Source: Paragordius varius
Lineage: Eukaryota; Animalia; Nematomorpha
Direction: 5' to 3'
Length of the DNA stretch: 64,000 nucleotides
Assembly: GCA_964247055.1 (NCBI GenBank)
Contig: OZ176051.1
Location: forward strand, 3,658,001-3,722,000
Under the pieces are notes generated by a model. The model was not told the DNA's origin. It worked only from the letters and a program-made list of their open reading frames with translations, and made no database searches. Shown piece after piece: positions 50,226-62,258 of the stretch. The translations under genes and the position numbers were made by a program. Each line of letters starts with the position of its first letter. Position 1 is the stretch's first letter.

Positions 50226-51388
50226 TTAAGTAGTTTTGAGAGCTTGAATAACCATTTCATTCACTTGAACGTTGTCCGGACAAGTCAGGGCAAATAAAAT
50301 AACATTGCACACTTCTTGGGTAGTTAGGGTTGGTTTGTCTTTGTAAAAGGCATCAATCCTTTTAGCCACTAATAAATTATTAAATTATGATAAATGATTT
50401 GTATAAGTAAATAATTATTAATCAAACCTAGTTCAGCTTTCGTGTCTGTATTAGTATCCGTATCAACTTCTTCCATAGAACTTGTCAAGATATCAGTTTT
50501 TATCCATGCCGGGCACAAATTAACCACTCTTATATCTTTACCTCGAGTTTAAAGACTCCCTCCTCCTGCTCCTAGTAATTCATCTCTTAGATGCTCAGTT
50601 ATAGCGTTAACTGCCTCCTTTGATGCCCCGTACATGTGAGAAAAGTAATTTGTTTTCCCATCCAACACCTTGTATAAATAGTTTTTGGAACCGGCTCCAA
50701 AATGCGAAATATTTATGATGATACCATTGAATAACGGATTGACATTATTTATCATCAAGTTTAATGCCTCCCTACAACATATGGCGAGGGCTAACACATT
50801 AATTTGTAAGGTAATGGCCCAATGATCATACATTTCAAGTCTTTCTTTGATGGTTGGTATGTCTTTGTAAAAATCTTTAAGGGTCAGTCCAGTTTCCTCC
50901 ACAGTAGTCCCAGGGTATGGCAAAAAATTATCGGGATACATAACTGCAGCATTATTAATACAAATGTGTAACGTTTCATACTTTTCAGCAATGTACTTAA
51001 ATAGACCAACTACCTCCTCGATTCGGCTTAAATCGCATTTCACGGCATCGACTTTCCCCCCATCTTTTTCTATTTCCTCAATTAGGGACTAAAAATGATA
51101 TAACTATTAGATTAATTTACAACAAGGATTAAATATGATAAGACCTTTTATTCAATGTTTTAAATATCTATACTTGTAATAAATTTTTTATACACACCTA
51201 TGAAACTTTGAGATTAGCCAGGTTAAAGTATAAAAGGAAAAAAAACAAAGATTTACCCTTAATTTATCTTCCGTTCTTGCTGTAGCGACCACGGTAACTT
51301 TATAGCTTGATAAAACTTTTGCAATATTTCTCCCCAATCCTTTAGAGGCTCCCGTTACTAAAGCGATTTTGCCTTCCCATTTTTCCAT
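50226..51388 (-). CDS. Short-chain dehydrogenase/reductase, DHRS11/farnesol dehydrogenase-like, about 304 aa (51388-51257, 51088-50557, 50535-50428, 50368-50226)
   Basis: MEKWEGKIALVTGASKGLG, CDLS, INNAA, YGASK, IRVVNLCP and PDNVQVNEMVI. An in-frame TAA at 50549-50551 is removed by a proposed 21-nt (or 15-nt) intron. Confidence 0.8.
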
Positions 51389-52958
51389 ATTTGTGTAGAA
51401 TATAGTATAAAAAATTATAAAACTGCTATTTTTTGAAAAAATTTAAAAAATAGTTCTTAATAATAATTAAAACATGAACTAAACTCAAAAGTATTTTAAG
51501 CACAGGAAATTTCAAAAATTAATTGATTTTAAACATAAAATATGTAAGAAATAAGTTACAAACTTAAAATATCTGTTATAACTTTGGTAAAAGGATTTAA
51601 AATTTTAAAAGCTTTTAATAAACGCTATATTGAAAGGGGGTATAAATCAGTTTTGTATATTTAAATAAAATATTTTTATAAAATTTCATGTGAATTTAGT
51701 CCATGATTGAGTGTAAAACATAAGTGTTTAAGGTTATGAGATTCTGAGTTTATTTTGGTCCGTAGATTTTTAGCTTCTTGGTTAAAAAATGGATAGTATT
51801 TGGAATCAAAAATATCGAAACTAATGTTATATGTCCAAGACGGCTAAAAGAGCTAGGGCTTTTAAAATAAGAGATAAATGTATTTATGAGATCGACCGCG
51901 ATGTATCATCCTATTTGATCGGTTATTTGCATATAGAAACATAATTTAACAAAATTTGTTACCTTACTTGGCTGAGTGCTTAAAACTTACGATTGAGATA
52001 TTTTATTGAACAGAGTGGGACTGAAGACAGTGGCTTGAAGATTGGCTCGACCAGATAGGCTACTGTTCATAAATAAGATACCCGACTCTACGGTTGTGTC
52101 GGACCGCTTTCAATGTGTCAAAAATTTCTAACCATGTATTTATCCAATCAAATAGAATATAATAGTGATCTAAAACTTGAATCTAATATAATTGTATTTT
52201 AAATATTATCGACTTGCACTAGCGCTTATAAAATTATTCCAAAACTAATAAAACCGATTTGAACGGATAACTTTTATAATGATTTAGCAACAAATATTTT
52301 CCACTTGTGATAGTGATTGCTGCTTATGATTAATAAATTCACAAGTATCAGACCGATCACTAAAACAACCACTTGCAACGATAATTGATATAAAATTGTA
52401 TGATACGAATCCTTGTTTCAAAGCACAGTTTATGTGATGATATAAAAGTCATTAGAATTTTTTTTGTGAGAATACGGTTAAAATTTCTTTAATACTTTAT
52501 TATGGCCCAAAAACCGTTAAATTTAGCACATAAAAATAGAAAATACGGTTAAACCAAAAAATTAAATAAACGCTCCAAGTGGAATATTTCTTATTCGTTT
52601 TTAAAACCTAGAAGCGAAAAGATTTTATAAAAAAGGTATGATTATTTTTTCAATTTAATAACATTGGGTTATAAGTCATTTTTTTGTTCCAACTAGCCAG
52701 GTTATATTAAAATCACCTAATTTTGATGATGTCATTAGAAAATTTATGGGTAATTATTTTATTATCCCCTATGATTAATATTTTTATTAGAATGTAGTAA
52801 AAACAAAATACATTGTTATAGGCGTAATGTTTAACGTATATGGTGACGCCATTTAATGATTATGTAACAATCATTTGTTAAAGTTATCATCCTTTAATTT
52901 TATATTTTATTTTAAGGGCACCTTTATTTTTTAAACCCCCACCTCCTTAAAACTTATT

Positions 52959-53715
52959 ATGCCACTTTCGGAGTTATGTAGAAGCAGGGGAGTGGAAACG
53001 AGAAGCGAGAGAGGTATTTTATCGCCAAAATATATTTATCTTTAACTTAAAATCATTTATCGTTTTAATTATATTTATGTCGATAAAATTTCTATGTCTA
53101 AAATCTGACAAAAGACAATGTATAATATAATTAGGGTTAGATGCAGTTGACGTGCTAAAAAAATGTTGCAAAGTCCTTTTCCCATGTTGTTTAAACAATC
53201 AAACTGAGAGAAGAGACGAATTCGAAGAAGTAAGCTTGGAAGGACCTGTTCTAATCATCGTACCTAGTAAATAATATAAAATTACTTTTATGCATGACAA
53301 AACGTTTCAAACTTTTAAATGGGGGGTTTTTTAATGGTATAGTATAGCTGCTGTATAAAGACTTTTTTTCACAAATTCTATGCAAGTTACTGTAATAATA
53401 TTTTAGGAGGTCGTGAATTTGGTAAGCGCTGTTACTTTCACATAAAAAAGAATCCGGATCCGACGGGAAGAATAAAATATAAGTTCCCGGTATTCAAGCC
53501 TACTTTGGAACCATTTAGGGAGGAAACTGAAGGTTACTCATTTTATTCATAGCTTTAATCCTTTTTGACTTTTTTATCATTTTATTATATGGTAAATAAT
53601 TTTCATTATTATTATTACAGAAGAACTAAGAGAATACGAAAACGCGGGAAAGAAAAAATCGTTTTTGAAAAAACTTCTGTCACGCATCAGTAGGGGTAAT
53701 AATATATTTTTTTGA
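52959..53715 (+). CDS. Orphan small protein, about 113 aa, 5 exons (52959-53013, 53135-53229, 53407-53421, 53451-53532, 53621-53715)
   Basis: All four junctions are GT-AG and phase-consistent (two GTAAGC donors). The product is MPLSELCRSRGVETRSERGLDAVDVLKKCCKVLFPCCL...KPTLEPFREETEEEL...KKKSFLKKLLSRISRG. No family recognised. Confidence 0.55.
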
Positions 53716-54559
53716 TTGTTAAAATGTAAAAATTGTTTTTTAACAAACGGTCTCACCTATTATTTGCAAAAACTGGGCAACAAATTTGATTAGACTGTTA
53801 AATGCTTTTATATTTCTACGGTATAAGAACTTTTTCTATACACTTTTTTCGTTTTACGAATTTTGAGGTTTTTTGAATTCTAAATAACAATAAAATTAAT
53901 TAAACATAAAACTAAATTCTATGACTGTTTTATTTCGAAAAATAAGACTAGGTAACAAATCTTAACTTTACAGTAATTTTGATATTTTTTTAATTTTATA
54001 TTAGTTGAGTAATAAAATAAATAAAATTGTACTAATTTTTTATATTCGATTTTTTTTGGTCCCTGTTTAATGTAAAACAAAAAACTTCCAATTAGATGTA
54101 TCAAAATATGTCATTCGAAAGAGCGCAAAAAATTAAATTTCTCTAATGGTATTCTATCTGATTTAAGAATTATTCGAAGGGTAAAGTCAAAGTAAATTAT
54201 TTATCATGTTCCTTTAAATCATGTAAAACTTTTTGTAATATAAAATTTGTATTTAGGTTGAGAAAAATTATTTTATCAAAACTAAGAGATGCAAAATATG
54301 TGATGTACAATCATTGGAATTTTGGTTTTTTTATATGTCAAAAAAATATTTAATAAGATATGGTTATTAAAAAATAACAAATATGCAATTTTTGGTATGG
54401 ATTAGTAAAATTTCGGAAGTATCAATATACCAGGTTTGTGTATTCATACGTTTTTAAAGGTATTTTGGTAAAACTCAGGTAATTTTATAAAGAAAATAAA
54501 TATTTATTTATTATTCAAAATATTGTGCTTTTGCCAATCTCTCAGGTGATAGTACATAA

Positions 54560-55411
54560 ATGCCGTGCAAGAAAAGTTAATTTACATATGCAGAAAACCA
54601 TTCCTCAAGAAATTTTCTAACGTCTTCGAAATTATTGAAGTAGAATGTGCCTCATTGTTGCGATGTTGTATGAGTCTAATGGCACCACATCAGGAGAGTT
54701 TAGCGATGCGGGAAATATTAAAATCCAAGCTATTTAAAGGATTTTCAACTGGTTTTTCTGTGTGAGACGAAGCATCTTGTAACAAAATCCTTTTGCCATG
54801 TTTTCGGGCTCATTCCGGTTGTTTTTCGATTAATGCATGGTTTTAATTAAGTATTTGTGAGCGATGTTGTGTATTTACAATATTGCGCGAATTCAAAAGT
54901 TTATAACATACAATACTTCTCTGGTCTCTCAAAACACGTAGCATATCAAGTTTGTTAGCCTTTCTCATTGCTCTTAGATACCTGATAATTGTTTTTTTGT
55001 GATACATGTAAGGCGTCCGCTAATTTTTGTTAAGTTTGAGTTAGATCATTTAGCGTATTTATGTGTATTCTACAAGAGCGCCCATAATTCACATGAAATC
55101 ACAATTTTAATTATTTCGGTCCAAAATTTCATTTTGTCCATTGAGACATATTACCATATGTTTATAAACGATAACTTTCAACAGCCATTTCTGATGGCAA
55201 AACGTGCCATAAATGTTCCCTTCAGCCACAAAATTAGACATAATTAGTGAATGATTAAAATGAATCGCTAGTTTTTGGTGAACTGAACTTGTGTGTATTT
55301 GTCGTTTAATGTTATGTGAAAAAATGGGTGCTGTATCAAATTAATTGTCTTCGTACTTTTTTATGATGTCTTCTCTCAATTAAATCGGTAAAAACTTATG
55401 AATACACCTGG
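54560..55411 (-). mobile_element. Second mariner 5' relic
   Basis: Terminal AAATCGGTAAAAACTTATGAATACACCTGG-TA matches the 49634-49663 end. Confidence 0.5.
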
Positions 55412-55534
55412 TAATCTATAAAAATAGTATCAAAACTAATTTTTTAGTTTTTTTTAATTTACTAGTAAAAAATATATAAACAAGTAAGCAAATGTTTTAT
55501 TTACCTTAAACAGATTTGAAAAAATTGAAACTGC

Positions 55535-56337
55535 CATGCATTAAGAATAGCACCTTCAAAGTCAAAACAGCTAATTTGGAAAAAATTAACAAATTTTTTC
55601 ACAAAAAGAAGCAGGAGGCAGGCTCCCAAAGCCTACAGTAGCTCTAACACCCTAGAGAAAAAACCATACACTTCATAACAACCACCCCAAATTCGTTTCA
55701 TTAAAACTGCCATATCCTTACCAGATTTAAAAAAAACATAGTAATTAATTTTAGTCAGCCAAAGTTTAATATCAAGTTTAGCTCATATCTAATTCCCAAT
55801 ACTCATGCATTAAGAATAGCACCTTTAAAGTCAAAACATCTGCAAAAAATTAACAAATTTTACCACAAAAAGAAGCAGGAGGCAGGCTCCCAAAGCCTAC
55901 AGTAGCTCTAACACCCTAGATAAAAAACCATCCACTTCATAACAACCACCACCAAATTCGTTTCATTAAAACTGCCACATCCTCACCAGATTTAAAAAAA
56001 AACATAGTAATTAATTTTAGTCAGCCAAAGTTTAATATCAAGTTTAGCTCATATCTAATTCCCAATACTCATGCATTAAGAATAGCACCTTCAAAGTCAA
56101 AACAGCTCATTAGCAAAAAATTAACAAATCTTTCCACAAAAAGAAGCAGGAGGCAGGCTCCCAAAGCCTACAGTAGCTCTAACACCCTAGATAAAAAACC
56201 ATCCACTTCATAACAACCACCACCAAATTCGTTTCATTAAAACTGCCACATCCTCACCAGATTTAAAAAAACATAGTAATAATTTTAGTCAGCCAAAGTT
56301 TAATATCAAGTTTAGCTCATATCTAATTCCCAATACT
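55535..56337. repeat. Tandem array of three ~267-bp units
   Basis: CATGCATTAAGAATAGCACC recurs at 55535, 55804 and 56070, and the units are nearly identical. Confidence 0.92.
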
Positions 56338-56891
56338 TAACGGCAAAAGTTTGGATCAGGAAAAAGACAGGTTTATTTAAATTTTTGCACATTCAAACCA
56401 AAAAAGTTTTTAAGCGAAATGGGAGTATTTCTTTAGTGTAATTTGTCTTTTAAAAAATAATGGACAAATTGTTTTACAGGGTTTCGAACCCGGTCGAAAA
56501 AAAGTGGAATAGTAATTGAAGTCGTTTGCTAAGGACGGTTGGAACAGGGACCGACCTCGCTTTTAGGGATTTTAAAATGGAACCGGAACCGAATTTCAAA
56601 AATTTAGCAGTTCCGAATATTTGGCACTGGTTCTATTTTGATTCTTTGAAAAATATCATTAACTTGCTAATTTTAGGTATCAAAATTATAATGCCCGGTG
56701 CACACTAAAATACATAGTTATAACTATAATAAAGTGTAGTCACTGTTCTATGAAATGCAAAACATAGGAAATTTTAATTTACAATCATTGGAATTTCATT
56801 TTACTTACCATATCCGGGTGGAAGATTTTGACAGTTTTTAAACGAATTTGGTGGCAGTAATGTTAGGAAGCGGCGGTTTTTATTGGGGAAT

Positions 56892-59012
56892 CTTCAATAT
56901 CTAAAAATAAATTATTATAATTATTATGAAATCTTTCGATTTAAGAAAGCAACTTTTACGAATAATTTGGTTGAATATCTGACCCATCCTAATTTCTATG
57001 TAATTTTAAATGAATTATGCCTAACAAATAAAATAATTTAAAAATCAAAAATTATATTTTCAAAGAGTTTTTATATCAATATTGATTTCGTAAATCACCA
57101 AATATTTATTTACAAAAACAACGCGGTAGAAATCCGACACCTAAAAACTTTTTAATTTGTGTGTAAATATATCTAAATAACCTTTTTCTTTTTTCCTGAC
57201 GAAAACTTTTGCTGCTAAGTATTGGGAGTTGGGGATGATCTGGACTTGATTTTGATTTGACTGTTATTAATTATTAATTCATTTTAAATCCGGGTGGTGG
57301 TTTTGGTGGTTTTTAAGGAACGAATCAAATGGTAGTAAAGTTAGGAACTGGACGGTTTTTATTGGGGAATCACTTCAAAGTTATTCTGGCTTTTGTGATC
57401 CTGGCTCTTCTGGAACAGGTTATTTTCGAAAAGTATATGTGATATAAGTACTCTAAGCTTTGTCATTCTGGCTCTTCCTGAACAGATTAATTTTTTGCAA
57501 ATTAGCTGTTTTGCTCTTGAATATGCGAGGATAATTGCGTGATTGTAACTGTTTCTTTTATTCCGGGTGGTGGGTTTGGCGGTTTCTATTAAACGAATTT
57601 GGCGTCAGTAGGTGGGCGACTTTAATACTAGGGGAATGTATATAAGTTACTATAGACTTTGTTAACCTGTCTACTGCTTATATTCTGGAAAAATAGATTG
57701 ATATAACCCAAAATAAGATATTTGCCCTAATATATACGATTATAAAAATTGTGTGACTGTAACTCTGTTTCTGTTAATTCCGGGTGGTAGGTTGTTTTGG
57801 CGGTAGAAATGTTAGGAAGCGGTGGTTTTAAAACTAGGGACATGTCTTTAAAATTACTGTAGGCTTTGTGTCCCTGCCTTCTGCTTATTTTTGTGCAAAA
57901 ATCTGGTTGATTTTTTATTAGATGCTTTGGTATAAAAGGTGCGATGATTAAAACTGCATGGCATTTTCTTCCATTTTTTACTGAATATAATTAAATAAAC
58001 CTTTTACTTGTATGTTTCTACGAAAAATGTTCCTAATAGTTAAATAAAGCCGAGAAAATAATCAAGTTTTGTTATACTATTTTACAAACTATATTGATCC
58101 TTTCCGAAATATTAATAATCTAACCAATATTTAGATTTATAGGAATTCGTAACTTTTATAAATTATTACCATTTTTGGGAGATATCAATCTATTTTTCCA
58201 GAATAATAAGCAGTAGACAGGGTAACAAAGCCTATAGTAACCTATATACACTCCCGTAGTATTAAAACCGCCCACCTACTGACGCCAAATTCGTTTAATA
58301 GAAACCGCCAAACCCACCACCCGGAATAAATGAAACAGAGTTACAATGACGCAATTATCCTCGCATATTCAAGGGCAAAACATCTAATTTGCGAAAAATT
58401 AATCTGTTCTAGAAGAGCCAGAAAGACAAAGCTTAGAGTAACTTATATCGCAAAGGCAATACATATACTTTTCGAAAATAACCTGTTCCAGAAGAGCCAG
58501 GATGACAAAGGCCAGAATAACTTTGAAGTGATTCCCCAATAAAAACCGTCCAGTTCCTAATATTACTACCATTTGATTCGTTCCTTAAAAACCACCAAAA
58601 CCACCACCCGGATATAAAATAAATAAATAATTAATAACAGTCAAATCAAAATCAGGTCCAGATCATCCCCAACTCCCAATACTTAGCAGCAAAAGTTTTC
58701 GTCAGGAAAAAAGAAAAAGGTTATTTAGATATATTTACACACAAATTAAAAAGTTTTTAGGTGTCGGATTTCTACCGCGTTGTTTTTGTAAATAAATATT
58801 TTATGGTGATTTACGAAATCAATATTGATATAAAAACTCTTTGAAAATATAATTTTTGATTTTTAAATTATTTTATTTGTTAGGCATAATTCATTTAAAA
58901 TTACATAAAAATTAGGATGGGTCAGATATTCAACCAAATTATTTTTAAAAGTTGCTTTCTTAAATCGAAAGATTTCATAATAATTATAATAATTTATTTT
59001 TAGATATTGAAG
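56892..59012. repeat. Long inverted repeat: arms about 56892-57715 and 58172-59012, spacer about 460 bp
   Basis: CTTCAATATCTAAAAATAAATT...GACCCATCC at the left is mirrored by GGATGGGTC...AATTTATTTTTAGATATTGAAG at the right. The arms contain internal CCGGGTGGTG sub-repeats. Confidence 0.85.
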
Positions 59013-59023
59013 GTAATGAGTAG

Positions 59024-59170
59024 GTCATTACGAAAGGACTCTACCAAAGTGGTATTGTATAGGCGAGACCGAAGGGAATTCACGTGGGAAAGAACGAAGG
59101 ATGGACTTCCCTGTAATACATAACTCTGAAAGACCAGGATGGAATTGGGATAATAATCAGTACAGTTTAG
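59024..59170 (+). CDS. Candidate internal coding exon (HYERTLPKWYCIGE...GWNWDNNQYSL), possibly upstream of the 62259 exon
   Basis: A 147-nt open, GC-richer segment bounded by TAG| and |GTTATT. Its phase 1-1 is compatible with the phase-1 acceptor at 62259. Confidence 0.3.
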
Positions 59171-59642
59171 GTTATTCTTACCTAAAAAAAGAAATAAATA
59201 ATGCTTTATTATAGTTTACAAATTTAATCTTTGTTGTATATTATGTATTAGCGAGAGATAAAATATTAGAGAGAAATGTGTAAATGATTTTATACAGCTC
59301 ACTGGGTCGCAAACGAAATCAGGGTCAAATTACTTGTTTAAAACTGTTGATTTCTTATTTGAAACTAACTTCCTCAGAATTAAAGAAAATGTTAATCATA
59401 ACGTGGCCCATACAGTTTATGCGAAGTTTTTTTTGACCGATGGTGCTTATTAGATTATATTTCTAGCTAATCCAAAAATGTTAAGTCAATGCTTATTTAT
59501 GTTTCGATATATTTCGTTTTTAAGGATTGTTTTTTTGACGAAACCGTCCACAAAGTATTATGTTTAATTTATAAAACTTTCTTTAAAATACCGATAGCTA
59601 GCTCAAAAATGTGGTCTAATTTTATCAAACTAATTTATTTAA

Positions 59643-60211
59643 CACTGCGATTCAAATTGGGGTATCTAAATACCCCAGACTAAATTTAAATCAGAATTTT
59701 TAAAAAAACTACTGAAGGAAACGGTCCCAATTTAAATTTATGCTTCTATCCTGATAAAAATTTATGCCAAAATATCTTGATTTTGTTTAAAAAAAAGTTC
59801 CATCTCAAACTATTTCGACGCCATTTTTTTATTTTACAAAATTTTTGCAAAATATCGTCTCTATTTAATTTTAAGGGTAAAACTAAAGCTAATTTTTTAT
59901 ATAAATTTCATCTAACATTGATAGAAATAGAAAGAGCGGTTTAGTTTGTATTATTTTTTAATTTTATAATTTGACACATCTCACGTTGACGAAATTTTTA
60001 CATTTAGGTTTTAGCTTAAAATATTGAATGTCAAATATTTTTGAATAATTTTTTTTAAATTTAGGTTTATTTCTGTTGTATAAGTGCAAAATTTTGCCAT
60101 GGTTTCGGTTCCTTCCATACTTTTTAAAGTATTTGATTATAAACAGGCCTGGGGTATCCAACTACCCCAATTTGAATCGAAGGACTAAAATAAGTGTGTT
60201 GTATCCAAGTG
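59643..60211. mobile_element. piggyBac-like MITE, copy 5
   Basis: TTAA|CACTGCGATTCAAATTGGGG...ATCCAAGTG|TTAA. Confidence 0.78.
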
Positions 60212-62258
60212 TTAATAGAGTCTCACAAAAAATATCCTTATTATATTTAAATGTATATAGAAGTCTATGATGATGCTTTTGGCTTCGGCAGTCATTAAAA
60301 AAATTATTTTCACTTTTATTGTAGATGTCACTCATTAAAAAATATTAAATTGGTAAAAGTTAAATAATTTTGTTACTTTGTAAAAAATTTAAATCACACA
60401 TATTTATATTTAATTTTCATATGCTAGCGTTAAAAATTATTGGACGTCAGTAAAAAGTACTATTCTTTCTATAAAAGTAAAAGAGGGATTGCGCTATAAG
60501 AATTATAATATATGCTAGACCAGGAATTTCCAACACAAATGGCTTCGCGGGTCGCATTCAAAATAAAAACATGTGGGCACTTATAAATTAGACTTCATAC
60601 AGCAAAAACGAAATACAATACAACCATATATACTAAATGCAGTATTCCATCCGTAAAATTTGGAAAGACTTATGTAGACATAAATCTTCCCTGGATATAA
60701 AAAATTAATTTCTTAAATACGATATAGCATTGTTAAACATAAATTTTACTAAAAATGATTTAAATTTTGGTTTTAAATGAAATTACTATAACTTGGCACA
60801 CCCAAAATGATTTAATCTAAAGATCAAGTTTTTATCTGATCCATAATTTCTGTAAAATGGTTTATTGTAAACGATATTCATTATTACTGGGGTATATAGT
60901 GACCCCAATAATAATCGTGTTTTTATTTAGGGCATATTGGAATGATTAGCTATTTAGGTGAATTATTCACTCTAGAACTTGCAGAACATAAAAATAAAAG
61001 CTCTACCAAGTTAAATAATATTTAATAACAGTGTCCAAATTATCCTGATGAAATATATACATTTTGATAGGAAAATATGTCAGTGCTTCTGGTTTGGGGA
61101 GTGAATTGATTGACATTTTTACGCTAGTTCTACTATATCAGATAGCAAAATTTGTGCCTATGTTTTAAATATTTTTATGTAGCTAAATGCTTCATTCCAA
61201 TAAATATCATTAAAATATATCATTGCATATAAAAAGCAAAACAATATTTTTAAAATATTTTGATTTTTATACGTGGGCTCCAAAAGCCCAAATGTTTTTC
61301 GATCTCCTAAAATGGGATTTTTTTTAAAAAAACGCAAAAATGCCGGAATCACGCAAATTTTTTTAAATACATGTTAAGATTTGATATTATCTATAAATAT
61401 TTTAAAACGTGCATACTTTTTCAATGATAATTTAAAATTTCTATCAAAATATATAGATTTCATTGCGATATCAATTTAAACCCTCCAATTTTGGCAGTTA
61501 TAATATTATAAGTTTAAGGATTTATGGCGTAAAACACCGTCTGAAAAAATAAAGTGTCAAGTTATATTTATAAGAAAGTTTATCATATAACAATTGTGAA
61601 AAAATAATTTTTATAATTTATCAACAATTGCCCAAGTTATACATTTTTTAGTTTACATTTATACACCTATGTTTTGTTTTTGTGTAACTCTAGTCTAGAG
61701 TCTTATTTGGGCCAGTCCAAAACACGTTAAAAAACAGCTATTAAAAACAATAAATATCAAGTTGAGGATTTTTTACATTTATATAATTTTTTTTTGAAAC
61801 ATGCGCCTTAAAAGTAAGAAAGCATGTTTTAAAATTTCTCCTAATCCTTTATCTTTTTAAGATATTTCAATAAATCCCTCTAGAATAAAGAACTACCCCA
61901 AAAAGCCATAAGATCCTTATTTATTATCGCCACGAAATCAATTTTTTAGTTATAAAATACAGATATTTGATGAATGCATAAATATTTTTTATCCACCATT
62001 TGTTTTGCTATCATATAAAACTACATCTGGGCACGGTTTCTTATACATATTGAATTTTGTGGTATATATTTTTATAGTTTTTATATAATAATAATAATAT
62101 ATACTATATATTTATACAGTATATATTTATAAATTTCCATTTATATTTTTTATGGTAATGTATACAATAAATGCCATAACATCTAACTTTGAAACGATAT
62201 TTTAATTTAAAGCACTTCGAATTTTTTTTATATATTATGTTTTATATAACTCATTTAG

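Noticed and set aside
50549-50551. Alternative genetic code (TAA read as sense)
   Set aside because: TAA terminates PISD, ASCC1, the C22orf39-like gene and the SDR itself, and no other internal TAA occurs in conserved exons.
51960-52140. GC-richer segment upstream of the SDR with a minus-strand AAG|GTAAC donor
   Set aside because: It holds only a short ORF. It is probably a 5' UTR exon or promoter, with too little support to list as a feature.
53120-53134. 15-nt GTATAATATAATTAG intron linking MSIKFLCLK.. to the orphan gene
   Set aside because: A conventional intron 53014-53134 from the exon at 52959 gives the same frame and is more parsimonious. The 15-nt option is only worth testing if RNA data exist.
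55535-56337. CRISPR-like or coding interpretation of the tandem array
   Set aside because: The units are ~267 bp and identical throughout with no unique spacers or ORF, and the context is eukaryotic.
56478-56495. GGGTTTCGAACCC B-box-like palindrome (tRNA or SINE)
   Set aside because: No cloverleaf or A-box could be built around it.
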